From Spirochaetia bacterium (GTDB lineage: Bacteria; Spirochaetota; Spirochaetia; DSM-27196; Salinispiraceae), in NCBI GenBank assembly GCA_038204425.1, contig JBBRCZ010000013.1, positions 25,289 through 89,288 on the forward strand: DNA of 64,000 nt. The letters run 5' to 3'. The notes under the pieces were generated by a model. The model did not search any database, was not told the origin of the DNA, and was given only the letters and a program-made list of their open reading frames with translations. Below are positions 9,002 to 18,882 of this stretch, one piece after another. Every line of letters starts with the position of its first letter. The stretch's first letter is position 1. The position numbers were made by a program, and so were the translations under genes.

Positions 9002-9613
9002 ATGGAGAAAAATCTTACGCATCCGCAAGATCCGCAGTCAAACAACAGTCAGAACGAACATGAGAGCTCGCTTTTAGGCGTTTCGTTAGTTGGCATCATC
9101 ATGGGCAGTGACTCTGACTTGGTGGTAATGTCCGAGGCCGCCAAGATTCTCGACAAACTACAAATCCCCTATGAGCTGACGGTCATCTCAGCACATCGTA
9201 CACCACTACGCATGGTGGATTACGCAAAAAGTGCGCACCTGCGTGGGATTCGCGTGATTATTGCCGGAGCTGGCGGCGCCGCCCACCTGCCTGGCATGGT
9301 TGCCAGTCTAAGTCCCTTACCAGTCTTGGGTGTTCCCATTAAAGGGCGGAGTCTAGATGGTTTAGACAGTCTTTTGTCCATCGTTCAAATGCCAGCCGGG
9401 ATCCCCGTTGCGACACTTGGCATTGGTCAAGCAGCCAACGCTGGTCTCTTAGCAGCCCGTATTTTGGCTACCAGTGATGGCCAAATCCTTAGTCGCATCC
9501 AAGAATACCAAGCCGAACTTGAGGTTATGGTTTTGGCCAAGGCAAATAGACTAGAAAGTGACGGGTGGCAGTTTTATCTCAATTCTATGGGCGACGCCGC
9601 ACGCAGCCAATAG
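9002..9613 (+). CDS. purE: N5-CAIR mutase
   Basis: [29 protein letters not shown] and [13 protein letters not shown] motifs. Confidence 0.97.
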   Translation: MEKNLTHPQDPQSNNSQNEHESSLLGVSLVGIIMGSDSDLVVMSEAAKILDKLQIPYELTVISAHRTPLRMVDYAKSAHLRGIRVIIAGAGGAAHLPGMVASLSPLPVLGVPIKGRSLDGLDSLLSIVQMPAGIPVATLGIGQAANAGLLAARILATSDGQILSRIQEYQAELEVMVLAKANRLESDGWQFYLNSMGDAARSQ

Positions 9614-9653
9614 AGGTTCTTGCAAAAGTCCCTCGTGAAACTGCGCCTGCGAT

Positions 9654-10430
9654 CTAAAACCAGTTTTCTGAATGGACACTTGAAACTGGCAAGCCGTGCA
9701 TGAGTAGCTTCTCACGCACGGTGGCAATCATGGCGCTTGAGCCGCAAAGCATAACTCTATCGTTTGCCCGGACTTCTTCTAGACCTGGCCATACGGTTAA
9801 GCGACCAAGAAATAGTTGTTGCAAAAGCACAGGGTTAAGATCGACAGCGCTTTGCACCTCAAGAGTCGCATCGGGAGCGCTCAGGCAGATAAGCACTTCC
9901 ATACCAAATTCTAGATGAGCTTTGAGTATAAGTGGCAAGAAACACAGCTCGTCCAAGCGCCTGACGCCATAAACCAAGACACGCTTTGCAAGCCAATCCT
10001 TCTTATCTTTGATGGCATGGCGAATGTTTGAGATAAAAGGTGCCACGCCACTTCCGTTGGCAATCCACCAGGTTTTGCCGCTTGGCACTTTGTCTGCTTG
10101 CTGACTGTCAAGCAAAGCAGCATCAATAAAGCTACCGCGAATGTCATGGATGCGGACTGAATCGCCAGGTTTTAGTTGCCACAAATAAGGGCTGAGCTGG
10201 CCTTGGTCAACGCGGTTGTAGAGAACTTCCATGTTAGATTGTGGCTCGGAGCAGATGCTGTAAAGACGCGCACTCAAACTTGCTGCTGATAACGAGGCAA
10301 GTTGCCCACTGATAAAGCTCGGTTGGTGATCCACGCACAGCAGTCGGCTCGATAGCGAAATGTTTTGATTGCTAAGAACTCGTAAGTGTTGCGGATAGAC
10401 AATTTTCTGGGCACTGTGCTTACTCGTCAT
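9654..10430 (-). CDS. ferredoxin-NADP reductase-like FAD/NAD(P)-binding oxidoreductase
   Basis: RLYSICS, GQLSPYL, IANGSGVAPF, LVYGVR, MLCGSSAM and a C-terminal aromatic residue. Confidence 0.85.
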   Translation of the reverse strand: MTSKHSAQKIVYPQHLRVLSNQNISLSSRLLCVDHQPSFISGQLASLSAASLSARLYSICSEPQSNMEVLYNRVDQGQLSPYLWQLKPGDSVRIHDIRGSFIDAALLDSQQADKVPSGKTWWIANGSGVAPFISNIRHAIKDKKDWLAKRVLVYGVRRLDELCFLPLILKAHLEFGMEVLICLSAPDATLEVQSAVDLNPVLLQQLFLGRLTVWPGLEEVRANDRVMLCGSSAMIATVREKLLMHGLPVSSVHSENWF

Positions 10431-10434
10431 GGTA

Positions 10435-11010
10435 TCACGTCACACATTCATACATACGCAAAATCGACCGGCCATACTCTCGTTGGTCGTAGAGATTTAA
10501 ACCACTTATCGATAGCTCTTGCTCACTCTGGGTGGGTACCGCTCGTTGGACCGTGTTTGCTATTTCATCTTCGGCAGGAAAATGCATAAAGATTTTGCTG
10601 TTTATGGTGATCAGACGACTGGCCAACAAGAGCTTTAAAAGTTCTTCTTTAAAAGGGTAGTCAAAGGGTGGATCCAAAAAAATTAGATCAAAACTTTGTC
10701 GCCAACTGGTCACAAAGCGTTCTACGGGCATAATTGAAAGATCAATCCGTCGCTCGGCCATGCTCAGATTTTCCAGTATAACCCGGCGCTTGCCATTGTC
10801 TTTTTCTACGCATCGCACCGGATAGGCGCCGCGTGACCAAGCTTCAAGCGCCATAGTTCCTGAGCCGCTAAAGCAATCAAGAAAACTCAAACCACCCAGC
10901 TCGCCCAAAATGGAAAAAAAACTCTCGCGCATGCGATCCATTGCCGGCCTGATAACGCCGGGTGGGCAGGTGATTATGCGACCACGTAGGCTGCCGCCTG
11001 TTATTCTCAT
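10435..11010 (-). CDS. rsmD: 16S rRNA m2G966 methyltransferase
   Basis: MRITGGSLRGR, RPAMDRMRESFF, LDCFSGSG and DPPF motifs. Confidence 0.92.
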   Translation of the reverse strand: MRITGGSLRGRIITCPPGVIRPAMDRMRESFFSILGELGGLSFLDCFSGSGTMALEAWSRGAYPVRCVEKDNGKRRVILENLSMAERRIDLSIMPVERFVTSWRQSFDLIFLDPPFDYPFKEELLKLLLASRLITINSKIFMHFPAEDEIANTVQRAVPTQSEQELSISGLNLYDQREYGRSILRMYECVT

Positions 11011-13160
11011 ACTTGGCTAGTTCCTTCTTTGTTGTTCTTAAGCGACAGGTCCAGAACATGCTTGAGAGCTTGGTGCTCGCTCTCCTGTAAGAGCGGGTCG
11101 GCTTCCAACAAGTCAAAGGCATCGGCTCGAGCTTGATTCATCAAGGCCATGTCTCTCTTTAGGTCGGCAGCGTGTAGTTTAAGGTAACCAGATTGGCGCA
11201 ATCCGCGCAAGTCCCCGGGCCCACGCAAAGCAAGGTCTTGTTCGGCAATAACAAAACCATCGTTTTGTTCTTTTATGATCTTTAGTCGTGCTTTACCTTC
11301 GTCCGACAGAGGCTCTTTGTAGACCAAAAAACAATACGATTGCTCACTGCCGCGGCCAACGCGCCCCCGTAGTTGATGCAGTGCGGCAAGCCCAAATCGT
11401 TCGGCGTGCTCTATAACCATACAGCTGGCGTTGGGGACGTCAACGCCCACTTCTACCACACTTGTTGCGACCAAAATCTGCACCGTACCGTTGCTAAAGC
11501 CACGCATGGCCGCTTGTTTTTCCTCTTCTTCAAGGCGAGAATGAACCATGGAACAGCTAAATTCAGGAAAGACTTCCTGACTCAACGTTTTAAACATGGC
11601 TTGGGCATTTTTGAGTTCACCTTCAAAGCTCAGTTGACCGCTCTGGGGACCTTCGTCGCTTGAAGCGCTGCCATCGTCAATTAGTGGATAGACAAAGTAG
11701 GCTTGCCTGCCAAGTGCCAGTTGACTGCGTACCCAGTCGTAGACCTTTTTTTCGTTGCCAATGCGGGCTAAGTGGGTTTCTATCGGTTTGCGTTGCGCAG
11801 GCAGATCACGGATCGCAAAGACTTCCATGTCACCAAATACCGTTAAGGCTAGGGTCTGAGGGATGGGCGTGGCGCTCATCATTAGCAAATTGGGCACTTT
11901 GGCCTTGGCACTCAAGGCTTTGCGTTGCACCACACCAAAGCGGTGTTGTTCGTCGACGATCACTAGGCGCAAGTTGGCATATTCCACAGGATCAGAGAAT
12001 AAGCCATGCGTACCGATTATCAGTTGTGCGTCACCATTTGCCAATGCTGACAACAAGCCAGGTTTGACCTTGTTTGTTAACGTGCCTGCCATTATGGCTA
12101 CATTAATGCCAAGCGGAGCCAAAAGACTTGCCGCTTTTTCGGCATGCTGACGAGCCAAGAGAACGGTAGGAACCAAGAGTGCTGCTTGGCCACCTTCGGC
12201 AATAACCGCCAAAGCGGCCGCAAGCGCAACCAATGTTTTTCCACAACCAACGTCCCCCTGCAAAAGCAAGGAAAGTGGCCAAGCTTGTTGCATGAGGGCT
12301 AAGATGGTTCCCAAGGCCGAGTTTTGTCCGGCTGTCAGGTCAAAAGGCAGACCAACAATCAAGTCCTTAACAAGAGCAGGAAATTGCAGCGGTTCAAGTT
12401 GCTTGGCAAGTGTGCTAAGTTTGCTTGGATCTTGGCCAAGGGCTGCTAGTTTTTCTTCCAATACACGTCGAGCGATACCTGCCTGCAGTAAGAAAAGTTC
12501 ATCATACGCTAAGCGCTGACGACAAGCTTCGGCCTCGACTGCGCTCTGAGGACCATGGACTTGCGTCAAAGCAAAAGGACGGGCTATCAAGTTGCGCTTT
12601 TGTATCAATGTTGGCGGAAGGTAGTCTTGGATGTGCCGACCGTAGTTGTCGATTGCATAAGCAATAACCTTGCGAAAAAAAGCCTGTCCCAAGTCGTCAA
12701 GCAAAGGGTAACGCGGCAAGAGCATGCCAAAGTGGCTGACTTGAGCATCCAATTCTTCGTAGTCAAAGGCGCTTAGCTGCGTCTCGCCAAACTTGCGCAC
12801 GGCCCAACCACAGAGCCTGATTTCTTTGCCAACACTCAGTTGGCGAGACAAAAAGTCTCTACCAAAACAAACCAAACTGGCTCGTCCGCCAGAATCCTCC
12901 ACTTGCACCTTGAGGCTGCGTTTTGGTGGCTTGCCAAAAAACTCGTGACTTTGCACGCAGACTACAGTGTTTATCCAAACGGGCTGCGAACCGCGCACTT
13001 GGTCAAGACTTACGCTGACAAGGCGATCTTCGTAGTCGCGTGGTAGATGCCACAAAAGATCAACAATAGTGTTGATTTCCGCCTTTTGCAGGACGGCTAA
13101 ACTGTGCGGACCAACGCCGCGTACTTTATTGATCGGTTGAATCAAGTCCTCAAGCTGCAT
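11007..13160 (-). CDS. recG: ATP-dependent DNA helicase RecG
   Basis: QGDVGCGKT, DEQHRFG, SATPIP, HQLRGRVGRG and DLALRGPG motifs. Confidence 0.96.
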   Translation of the reverse strand: MQLEDLIQPINKVRGVGPHSLAVLQKAEINTIVDLLWHLPRDYEDRLVSVSLDQVRGSQPVWINTVVCVQSHEFFGKPPKRSLKVQVEDSGGRASLVCFGRDFLSRQLSVGKEIRLCGWAVRKFGETQLSAFDYEELDAQVSHFGMLLPRYPLLDDLGQAFFRKVIAYAIDNYGRHIQDYLPPTLIQKRNLIARPFALTQVHGPQSAVEAEACRQRLAYDELFLLQAGIARRVLEEKLAALGQDPSKLSTLAKQLEPLQFPALVKDLIVGLPFDLTAGQNSALGTILALMQQAWPLSLLLQGDVGCGKTLVALAAALAVIAEGGQAALLVPTVLLARQHAEKAASLLAPLGINVAIMAGTLTNKVKPGLLSALANGDAQLIIGTHGLFSDPVEYANLRLVIVDEQHRFGVVQRKALSAKAKVPNLLMMSATPIPQTLALTVFGDMEVFAIRDLPAQRKPIETHLARIGNEKKVYDWVRSQLALGRQAYFVYPLIDDGSASSDEGPQSGQLSFEGELKNAQAMFKTLSQEVFPEFSCSMVHSRLEEEEKQAAMRGFSNGTVQILVATSVVEVGVDVPNASCMVIEHAERFGLAALHQLRGRVGRGSEQSYCFLVYKEPLSDEGKARLKIIKEQNDGFVIAEQDLALRGPGDLRGLRQSGYLKLHAADLKRDMALMNQARADAFDLLEADPLLQESEHQALKHVLDLSLKNNKEGTSQV

Positions 13161-13172
13161 GCGATGCCTTGG

Positions 13173-13775
13173 TCAAAAAGGAATGCCGACGCTAAGTGAG
13201 GCAAGCAAGTCAAAGACCAGCTTGACGCCAAGCCAGATTATGACCATCAAAGCACCATAGAGCGCAAGCCCGTTGGCGTAGGCAATTTTTTTGTGCGGAC
13301 TTAGGCGGTTTAGGATTGGTGCTATCATGGGCTGCAAAATAGTATCCAGAAAGAACCAGATGCGATTTACCGTTGACGCCTTTACTAAAATGGCCACTAA
13401 GCGGATCGCTGCTAGGACAGCAAAGATAAGAAATAGTGAGCCAATGCTGCTACCAAGCATAGTCAGAATTAGGGCCAAAATGTAGCCAAACCTTGGAACA
13501 ATTCCGCTCGACAAGACCGAAAAGACTTGGACAACTATTTGAAGCAACATAAGTGCAAGAATAGGGCTTAGGTCAAAACCAGCGATCTGAAGAAACTTAA
13601 GACTTCTGAACGGCCTAAGATAAGGCTCAACTAGTTTGTCTATAAATTTTAGGGCATTTGGTCGCGCTGCGCCTTGCATAAACCAACGAGATACAAGGCT
13701 GATTAGAACTAAGACCAAGTAAACGGTCGCGAGAACCGAAACAATTGAGAAGCCAAATCGAGCAAGTTGATTCAT
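13173..13775 (-). CDS. YggT family membrane protein (two repeats)
   Basis: VEPYLRPFR...GFDLSPILAL and hydrophobic helices. Confidence 0.88.
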   Translation of the reverse strand: MNQLARFGFSIVSVLATVYLVLVLISLVSRWFMQGAARPNALKFIDKLVEPYLRPFRSLKFLQIAGFDLSPILALMLLQIVVQVFSVLSSGIVPRFGYILALILTMLGSSIGSLFLIFAVLAAIRLVAILVKASTVNRIWFFLDTILQPMIAPILNRLSPHKKIAYANGLALYGALMVIIWLGVKLVFDLLASLSVGIPF

Positions 13776-13796
13776 TTTTGTAATTCCTTTAGATGT

Positions 13797-16700
13797 TTAT
13801 ACATCGGTGCTCAATACCAGCTCGGCCTCATCTGCAAGTGGATCTATTTCGTCGGCCTCGCTAGAGTCGGTGCTGTTGGTCCAAAGGTCAGAATCATCTG
13901 TCTCGACCATCAGTTCTTTGTAGTCGAGCTCAACTGCCAAGCGAGATTTTTGCCTAAGCATGGCTGGGTAGATCTTCCAAACCTCGGAAACACAGGGATT
14001 GCTTGCCACTTCGCTGAGTACTTCATTTTGACTCGACGCGAGTAAGCTGCGCGCAGGTCGAATTATAAGTTCTTCACTTGGGTCTGTGTCTTGTTTGAGA
14101 TGCAAGTAGACCGGACAGCTGCCACTTTGGCCAAAAAGTGTCGATCTCAAACGGTAGAGCGCTTCGTTGTTGTTGGAACATCCCGTTTTGAGTCGCACAT
14201 GTAGTTCGCCACCTTGGCGGTCCTCAAGATCACCAAGCAGTCTAATCTCTTCCACCACAATCTGGGCCTTGCCACGCTCAAGATCGACCTTGCATATCAA
14301 ACCAAAAATTTGGTCCACGACTAGCTGGGACTCAAACTTGTCCAAGTTGTCGGCAAAAAATACTGCTTCAACGTTGCCATTGTAATCTTCGAAATTGGCG
14401 ATACCCATCCGTTTGCCGCGCTTGGTTATCACAAAGCGCAGACTGGTAAGTTGAGCTATCAACTGATAACGTTTTTCTGGATCTGCAAAATCAACCCTCG
14501 ATAGGTCAAGATTGGTGGCACGTTCCCAGTCTGAGCGTACGCTGTCCAATGGATGGCCAGAGAAGTAATTGCCCAAGAGTTCTTTTTCTTTGGCCAGTTT
14601 TTCTAAAAGTTCAAACTCTTGGCCATCAAGTGTAACTTCTCGATACTCTTCTTGCGGTGCATCATCAAAGAGCCCACTTTGACCAAACTTTTTACCGTCC
14701 TTTTTGGCTAGTGCGGCAGCCATAATCTGATCGAGCTTGCTCATTGCTGCTTGGCGATTGGGTATAATGCTGTCTAAACAACCAGAATAGATTAGGTTTT
14801 CCATGGCCTTGCGGTTGACTGTTCTTAGGTCCACTCGGTCGAGGAAGTCTTGAATGCTGGCAAAGCTGCCAGCTTGGCGACGTTGGTTGAGGATTTCCTC
14901 AACAACTGCGGCGCCAATACCCTTGACCCCCACGATGCCAAAAACTATCCGACCCTTGTCGACGGTAAAAGTCAGTTGGCTCACGTTTACATCGGGTGGT
15001 AAGACTTCTATCCCCATGGCTCGCGACTCAGTCAAATAGAGGCGAAACTTGTCTGGCACGCTGATTTCGTTGCTAAGGTTGGCTGCCATAAATTGGGCAG
15101 GAAAGTTGGCTTTGAGATAGGCTGTTCGATAACTGACCAGCGAGTAAGCGGCAGCGTGGCTTTTGTTAAAGCCGTAGCCGGCAAACTTATCTAATATATC
15201 AAAGATTTCATTGGCCTTATCGGCGCCAATACTATGCTGTAGCGCAGCGCCCTTGATAAAGGTAGCGCGCTGTTTGTCCATTTCGTCTTTCTTTTTTTTG
15301 CCCATAGCGCGACGTAGCATGTCGGCGCCACCCAAGGAATAGCCGGCCACTATTTGCGCCGCCTGCATAACCTGTTCTTGGTATACCATAATGCCGTAGG
15401 TTTCTTTGAGAATACCTTCTAGGCTGGGGTGGGGGTAGCTTATCGCTTTTCTACCCCACTTACAGTCAATAAATTGCGGAATGTATTCCATAGGTCCAGG
15501 CCGATAGAGCGATGTCAGAGCTATTAAGTCCTCGATGCAGGTTGGTTTGGCTTTTTTAAGCGTGGCTTGCATGCCGTCGCCATCAAACTGAAATACAGCC
15601 GAACTCCTTCCTTCTCCCAACATTTCAAAGGTCTTTTTGTCAGTGTCGGAAACCTTCATTATGTCAAAGTTGGCATCAACAGTTTTGCGGATTAAGGCTT
15701 CGGTGTTGGAAATCAGCGTCAGCGTCTTGAGGCCCAAAAAATCCATCTTCACCAAGCCACATTCTTCTAACATGTCCATGGTAAACTGAGTAGAAATTGC
15801 CCCAGTTTTGGGGTCACGGAACAGTGGCACGTATTTAGTCAGCTCTTCGCGGCCAATAACTACACCGGCGGCATGAGTAGAAGCGTGACGAGCCAAGCCT
15901 TCCAGTCCGATAGATATGTCAAAAAGCTCTTGGTAAATACCACCTCGTCCATAAAGCTCTTTGACGCCATTGGCCTGTTCGCAAAACGGCCCGCCACTAA
16001 GAAATTTCTTGCGAGTTTCGTCGGCCTTGTCTTTATAAGTTGTAGACCAATAATCGCTTTGCGCTTCGCTGATTAAATCTTTTAGGTGCAGCTTGGCGGC
16101 CGTTGGCCCGTCAGGAATATGCTTTACAATTTGGTTAGCTTCGCCAAAGGAGATATCAATTGCTCTAGCGACATCCTTAATAGCCGCCTTAGGTCTAAGC
16201 GTTCCAAAAGTTATAATCTGACCAACGCGTTCTTTACCATATTTCTGGGTAACATAGTCAATTACCTCAGAGCGTCTTTCATAGCAGAAGTCTATGTCAA
16301 AGTCAGGCATGGATACTCGTTCGGGGTTGAGAAAACGTTCAAAGAGCAAGTTGTAGCGGATAGGATCAATGTCAGTGATGTCCATGCTGTAAGCAACAAT
16401 GCTACCAGCACCCGAACCGCGCCCTGGTCCAACTGGTATGCCGTGGTCCTTGGCATAGCGTATAAAATCTCCAACTATAAGGAAATAGCCCACAAATCCC
16501 ATGCGGATAATTACATGCAATTCAAAGTCAAGCCGTTCGATCAATGAGTTCTCTGGCAAGTCTCCGTAGCGCTTTTGTAAACCACGGTTGGACAACCAAA
16601 CAAAGTACCTCGTGGCTGGATCCTCAATTTGTTGACGAACTTTTTGGCTGTCGTTTGCAAATCTAGTTGCTAAGCGGTCAAGATCAATACTCATCTGCTC

Positions 16701-17618
16701 GCTTGACTGCATAAGAAAATCAGTCGGAACGTCGTAGTCGGGAAGTAGCGGGCCAGGCAAGTCGAGCTTTAGATTGCATTGCTCAGCTATCAGAAGTGTA
16801 TTGGACAAGACATGAGGAATATGGCCAAACAAAGCCTCCATTTCTTGCGACGACTTGAGGTAAAACTCATTGGAAGAGAACTTAAAGCGACCGGCTTCGT
16901 GCCGTTTTCGCTTGGAACCAATGCACAAAAGCACATCGTGGGCCAGACTATCTTCTTTTTTTAAATAATAACAATCATTGCTTGCCACCAAGGGAAGATC
17001 CAAATCTTTGGCTAGCTCCAAGAGACCTTGGTTTATGATTTTTTGTTCAGTGATTCCGTGGTCAGAAAGCTCCAAAAAAAAGCGGTCTTTGCCAAAAAGC
17101 TCACGATAGAACTCAGCAGCTTTGCGGGCTTCTTGTACGCGGTTGCTTCTCAACAGACTCGGTATTTCGCCGCCCATACCACCCGAAAGTGCAATGGTAT
17201 CGGCTGAGTGACGACTGAGCAGTTCCTTGTCGATGCGGGGTCGATAATAGAAGCCTTCTGTGTAAGCTGCTGACGACATGAGCGAAATATTTTGGTAGCC
17301 ATTGCGGTTTTTGGCTAGCAGGACTATACGGTGATAGCGATTTGCGTTCTCATTGTTGCCTTTCTCTAGCCGGCTACCAAGCGCCAAAAAGAAATCGCAG
17401 CCAACAATTGGCTTAAGGCCAGCCTCAGGCTTATCACTTTTTTGACTCGCTGAGCACTCTTTGTAAAACTTAAGCGCGCCAAAAAGGTTGCCGTCATCCG
17501 TCAGGGCAATTGCTCTTTGGCCCAGCTTTTGAGCAGTTTTTACCAAGCCTGCTACTGTAGCAGATGCGCGAAGCAGACTAAAGTCTGAATGATTGTGAAG
17601 ATGTACAAACTCGGACAC
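13797..17618 (-). CDS. dnaE: DNA polymerase III alpha subunit
   Basis: FVHLHNHS, PGRGSGAGS, FERFLNPERVSMPDFDIDF, KMDFLGL and YGFNKSH. Likely start is GTG 17618, since the longer ORF overlaps the upstream kinase gene. Confidence 0.96.
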   Translation of the reverse strand: MSEFVHLHNHSDFSLLRASATVAGLVKTAQKLGQRAIALTDDGNLFGALKFYKECSASQKSDKPEAGLKPIVGCDFFLALGSRLEKGNNENANRYHRIVLLAKNRNGYQNISLMSSAAYTEGFYYRPRIDKELLSRHSADTIALSGGMGGEIPSLLRSNRVQEARKAAEFYRELFGKDRFFLELSDHGITEQKIINQGLLELAKDLDLPLVASNDCYYLKKEDSLAHDVLLCIGSKRKRHEAGRFKFSSNEFYLKSSQEMEALFGHIPHVLSNTLLIAEQCNLKLDLPGPLLPDYDVPTDFLMQSSEQMSIDLDRLATRFANDSQKVRQQIEDPATRYFVWLSNRGLQKRYGDLPENSLIERLDFELHVIIRMGFVGYFLIVGDFIRYAKDHGIPVGPGRGSGAGSIVAYSMDITDIDPIRYNLLFERFLNPERVSMPDFDIDFCYERRSEVIDYVTQKYGKERVGQIITFGTLRPKAAIKDVARAIDISFGEANQIVKHIPDGPTAAKLHLKDLISEAQSDYWSTTYKDKADETRKKFLSGGPFCEQANGVKELYGRGGIYQELFDISIGLEGLARHASTHAAGVVIGREELTKYVPLFRDPKTGAISTQFTMDMLEECGLVKMDFLGLKTLTLISNTEALIRKTVDANFDIMKVSDTDKKTFEMLGEGRSSAVFQFDGDGMQATLKKAKPTCIEDLIALTSLYRPGPMEYIPQFIDCKWGRKAISYPHPSLEGILKETYGIMVYQEQVMQAAQIVAGYSLGGADMLRRAMGKKKKDEMDKQRATFIKGAALQHSIGADKANEIFDILDKFAGYGFNKSHAAAYSLVSYRTAYLKANFPAQFMAANLSNEISVPDKFRLYLTESRAMGIEVLPPDVNVSQLTFTVDKGRIVFGIVGVKGIGAAVVEEILNQRRQAGSFASIQDFLDRVDLRTVNRKAMENLIYSGCLDSIIPNRQAAMSKLDQIMAAALAKKDGKKFGQSGLFDDAPQEEYREVTLDGQEFELLEKLAKEKELLGNYFSGHPLDSVRSDWERATNLDLSRVDFADPEKRYQLIAQLTSLRFVITKRGKRMGIANFEDYNGNVEAVFFADNLDKFESQLVVDQIFGLICKVDLERGKAQIVVEEIRLLGDLEDRQGGELHVRLKTGCSNNNEALYRLRSTLFGQSGSCPVYLHLKQDTDPSEELIIRPARSLLASSQNEVLSEVASNPCVSEVWKIYPAMLRQKSRLAVELDYKELMVETDDSDLWTNSTDSSEADEIDPLADEAELVLSTDV

Positions 17619-17676
17619 AGTTAATGATACTACTGCGTTCGCCAAAGTAGGTAAAGGTCTCGCCAAGTATAAAGTT

Positions 17677-18882
17677 CTAAACTTGACCAGCTTTTGGCAT
17701 AGGTAAGACAAAACTCAAGGTGCTGCCCTTGCCAAGTTGGCTCACTACTTTGAGCTCACCACCGTTGTTAAGTGCAATGTCATTGCACAGTATCAGCCCC
17801 AGACCACTGCCGGTTTCGCCTTCTGTACCGTTGCCGTGTGCGCTCTCAGTCAAAGAAAAGAGCTTTTCTTGTTGAGCGACAGTCATGCCTAGTCCATAGT
17901 CTTTTACACTTACACAAACCCAATCTTTGTTTGCACTTGCCGCAATCTCTATCTGCCCATCTTTGTAGCTAAATTTGATCGCATTGGAGATCAAGTTACG
18001 TACCATGGTGTTTATCATTGCATCATCGGCCCATACTTCTAAATCCTTTGGCAGCGATGTCTTGAGTCTTAAATTCTTGTGCAAAAGCTGAGGCTCCAAG
18101 AGTTTAACGGTTGCCGCTATCATCGAGTCTATAGTAAGGCGGCTGGCATGGTTCTTATAAGAACCATTTTGCATACTTGACCAAGACAGCAGATTTTCCA
18201 AAAGACGATAGGTTTGTTCGGCTGATTCCTTTAGTACCCTAAGCATCGCCCTCAGATCGTTGGCACCCAGCGTGCCTTCTACTAGCTCTGCTAGTATCGC
18301 AGCCGTGCTTCCGATTGGCCCGCGTAAATCGTGAGCTAATATAGAAAAAAACCTATTTTTGCTTGCGTTGGAAAGGGCCAGCTCTCGGTTAGTTTCTTTC
18401 AAAAAGCCTTCCAGCACTTTGCTTTTGGTTATATCAAAGACTATGCCCGCCACTAAGATTGGCTTTCCTTGCGGGTCTCGCTTGGTAACTACGCCGCGGT
18501 CGTAGTACCATTTCCAGTCACCAGATTTGCAATGAATACGATATTCTACCTCGTAAGCATCACTTTTTCCAAACAGGTGGGAGCGCATATTTTCCATGAC
18601 TCGTTCGTAATCCTCAGGATGAAGCTTCTCAGTAAAAAACTCAAAGCCTATCGGGCCATCGATCTCGCTGGGATTGTAACCAAGGGCGGTGGCTTTGAGA
18701 GAATTAAAAGTGACGCAATTTGAAGAAATATCCCATTGCCAGTGGCCTAAGTTGCCGCTCCACTCATATTCTAGATTGAGCTGTTTTTGGCGCTCAGCTT
18801 CGAGCAAAGCTAGATTGGCTTCCAATTGTTGTACACGTTGGACTAACTGCTCGTTAGGCATAGATTGTAGATCTTCACTCAC
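17677..18882 (-). CDS. cytoplasmic PAS-domain sensor histidine kinase
   Basis: PAS_3 (LHPEDYERV...EYRIHCKSGDWKW), H-box AHDLRGP, NLISNAIKF, DYGLG and GSGLGL. Confidence 0.92.
   Translation of the reverse strand: MSEDLQSMPNEQLVQRVQQLEANLALLEAERQKQLNLEYEWSGNLGHWQWDISSNCVTFNSLKATALGYNPSEIDGPIGFEFFTEKLHPEDYERVMENMRSHLFGKSDAYEVEYRIHCKSGDWKWYYDRGVVTKRDPQGKPILVAGIVFDITKSKVLEGFLKETNRELALSNASKNRFFSILAHDLRGPIGSTAAILAELVEGTLGANDLRAMLRVLKESAEQTYRLLENLLSWSSMQNGSYKNHASRLTIDSMIAATVKLLEPQLLHKNLRLKTSLPKDLEVWADDAMINTMVRNLISNAIKFSYKDGQIEIAASANKDWVCVSVKDYGLGMTVAQQEKLFSLTESAHGNGTEGETGSGLGLILCNDIALNNGGELKVVSQLGKGSTLSFVLPMPKAGQV

Noticed and set aside
13797..17711. Possible intein in the long DnaE
   Set aside because: The insertions are only about 25-35 aa, with no C/S...HN junctions or LAGLIDADG motifs.
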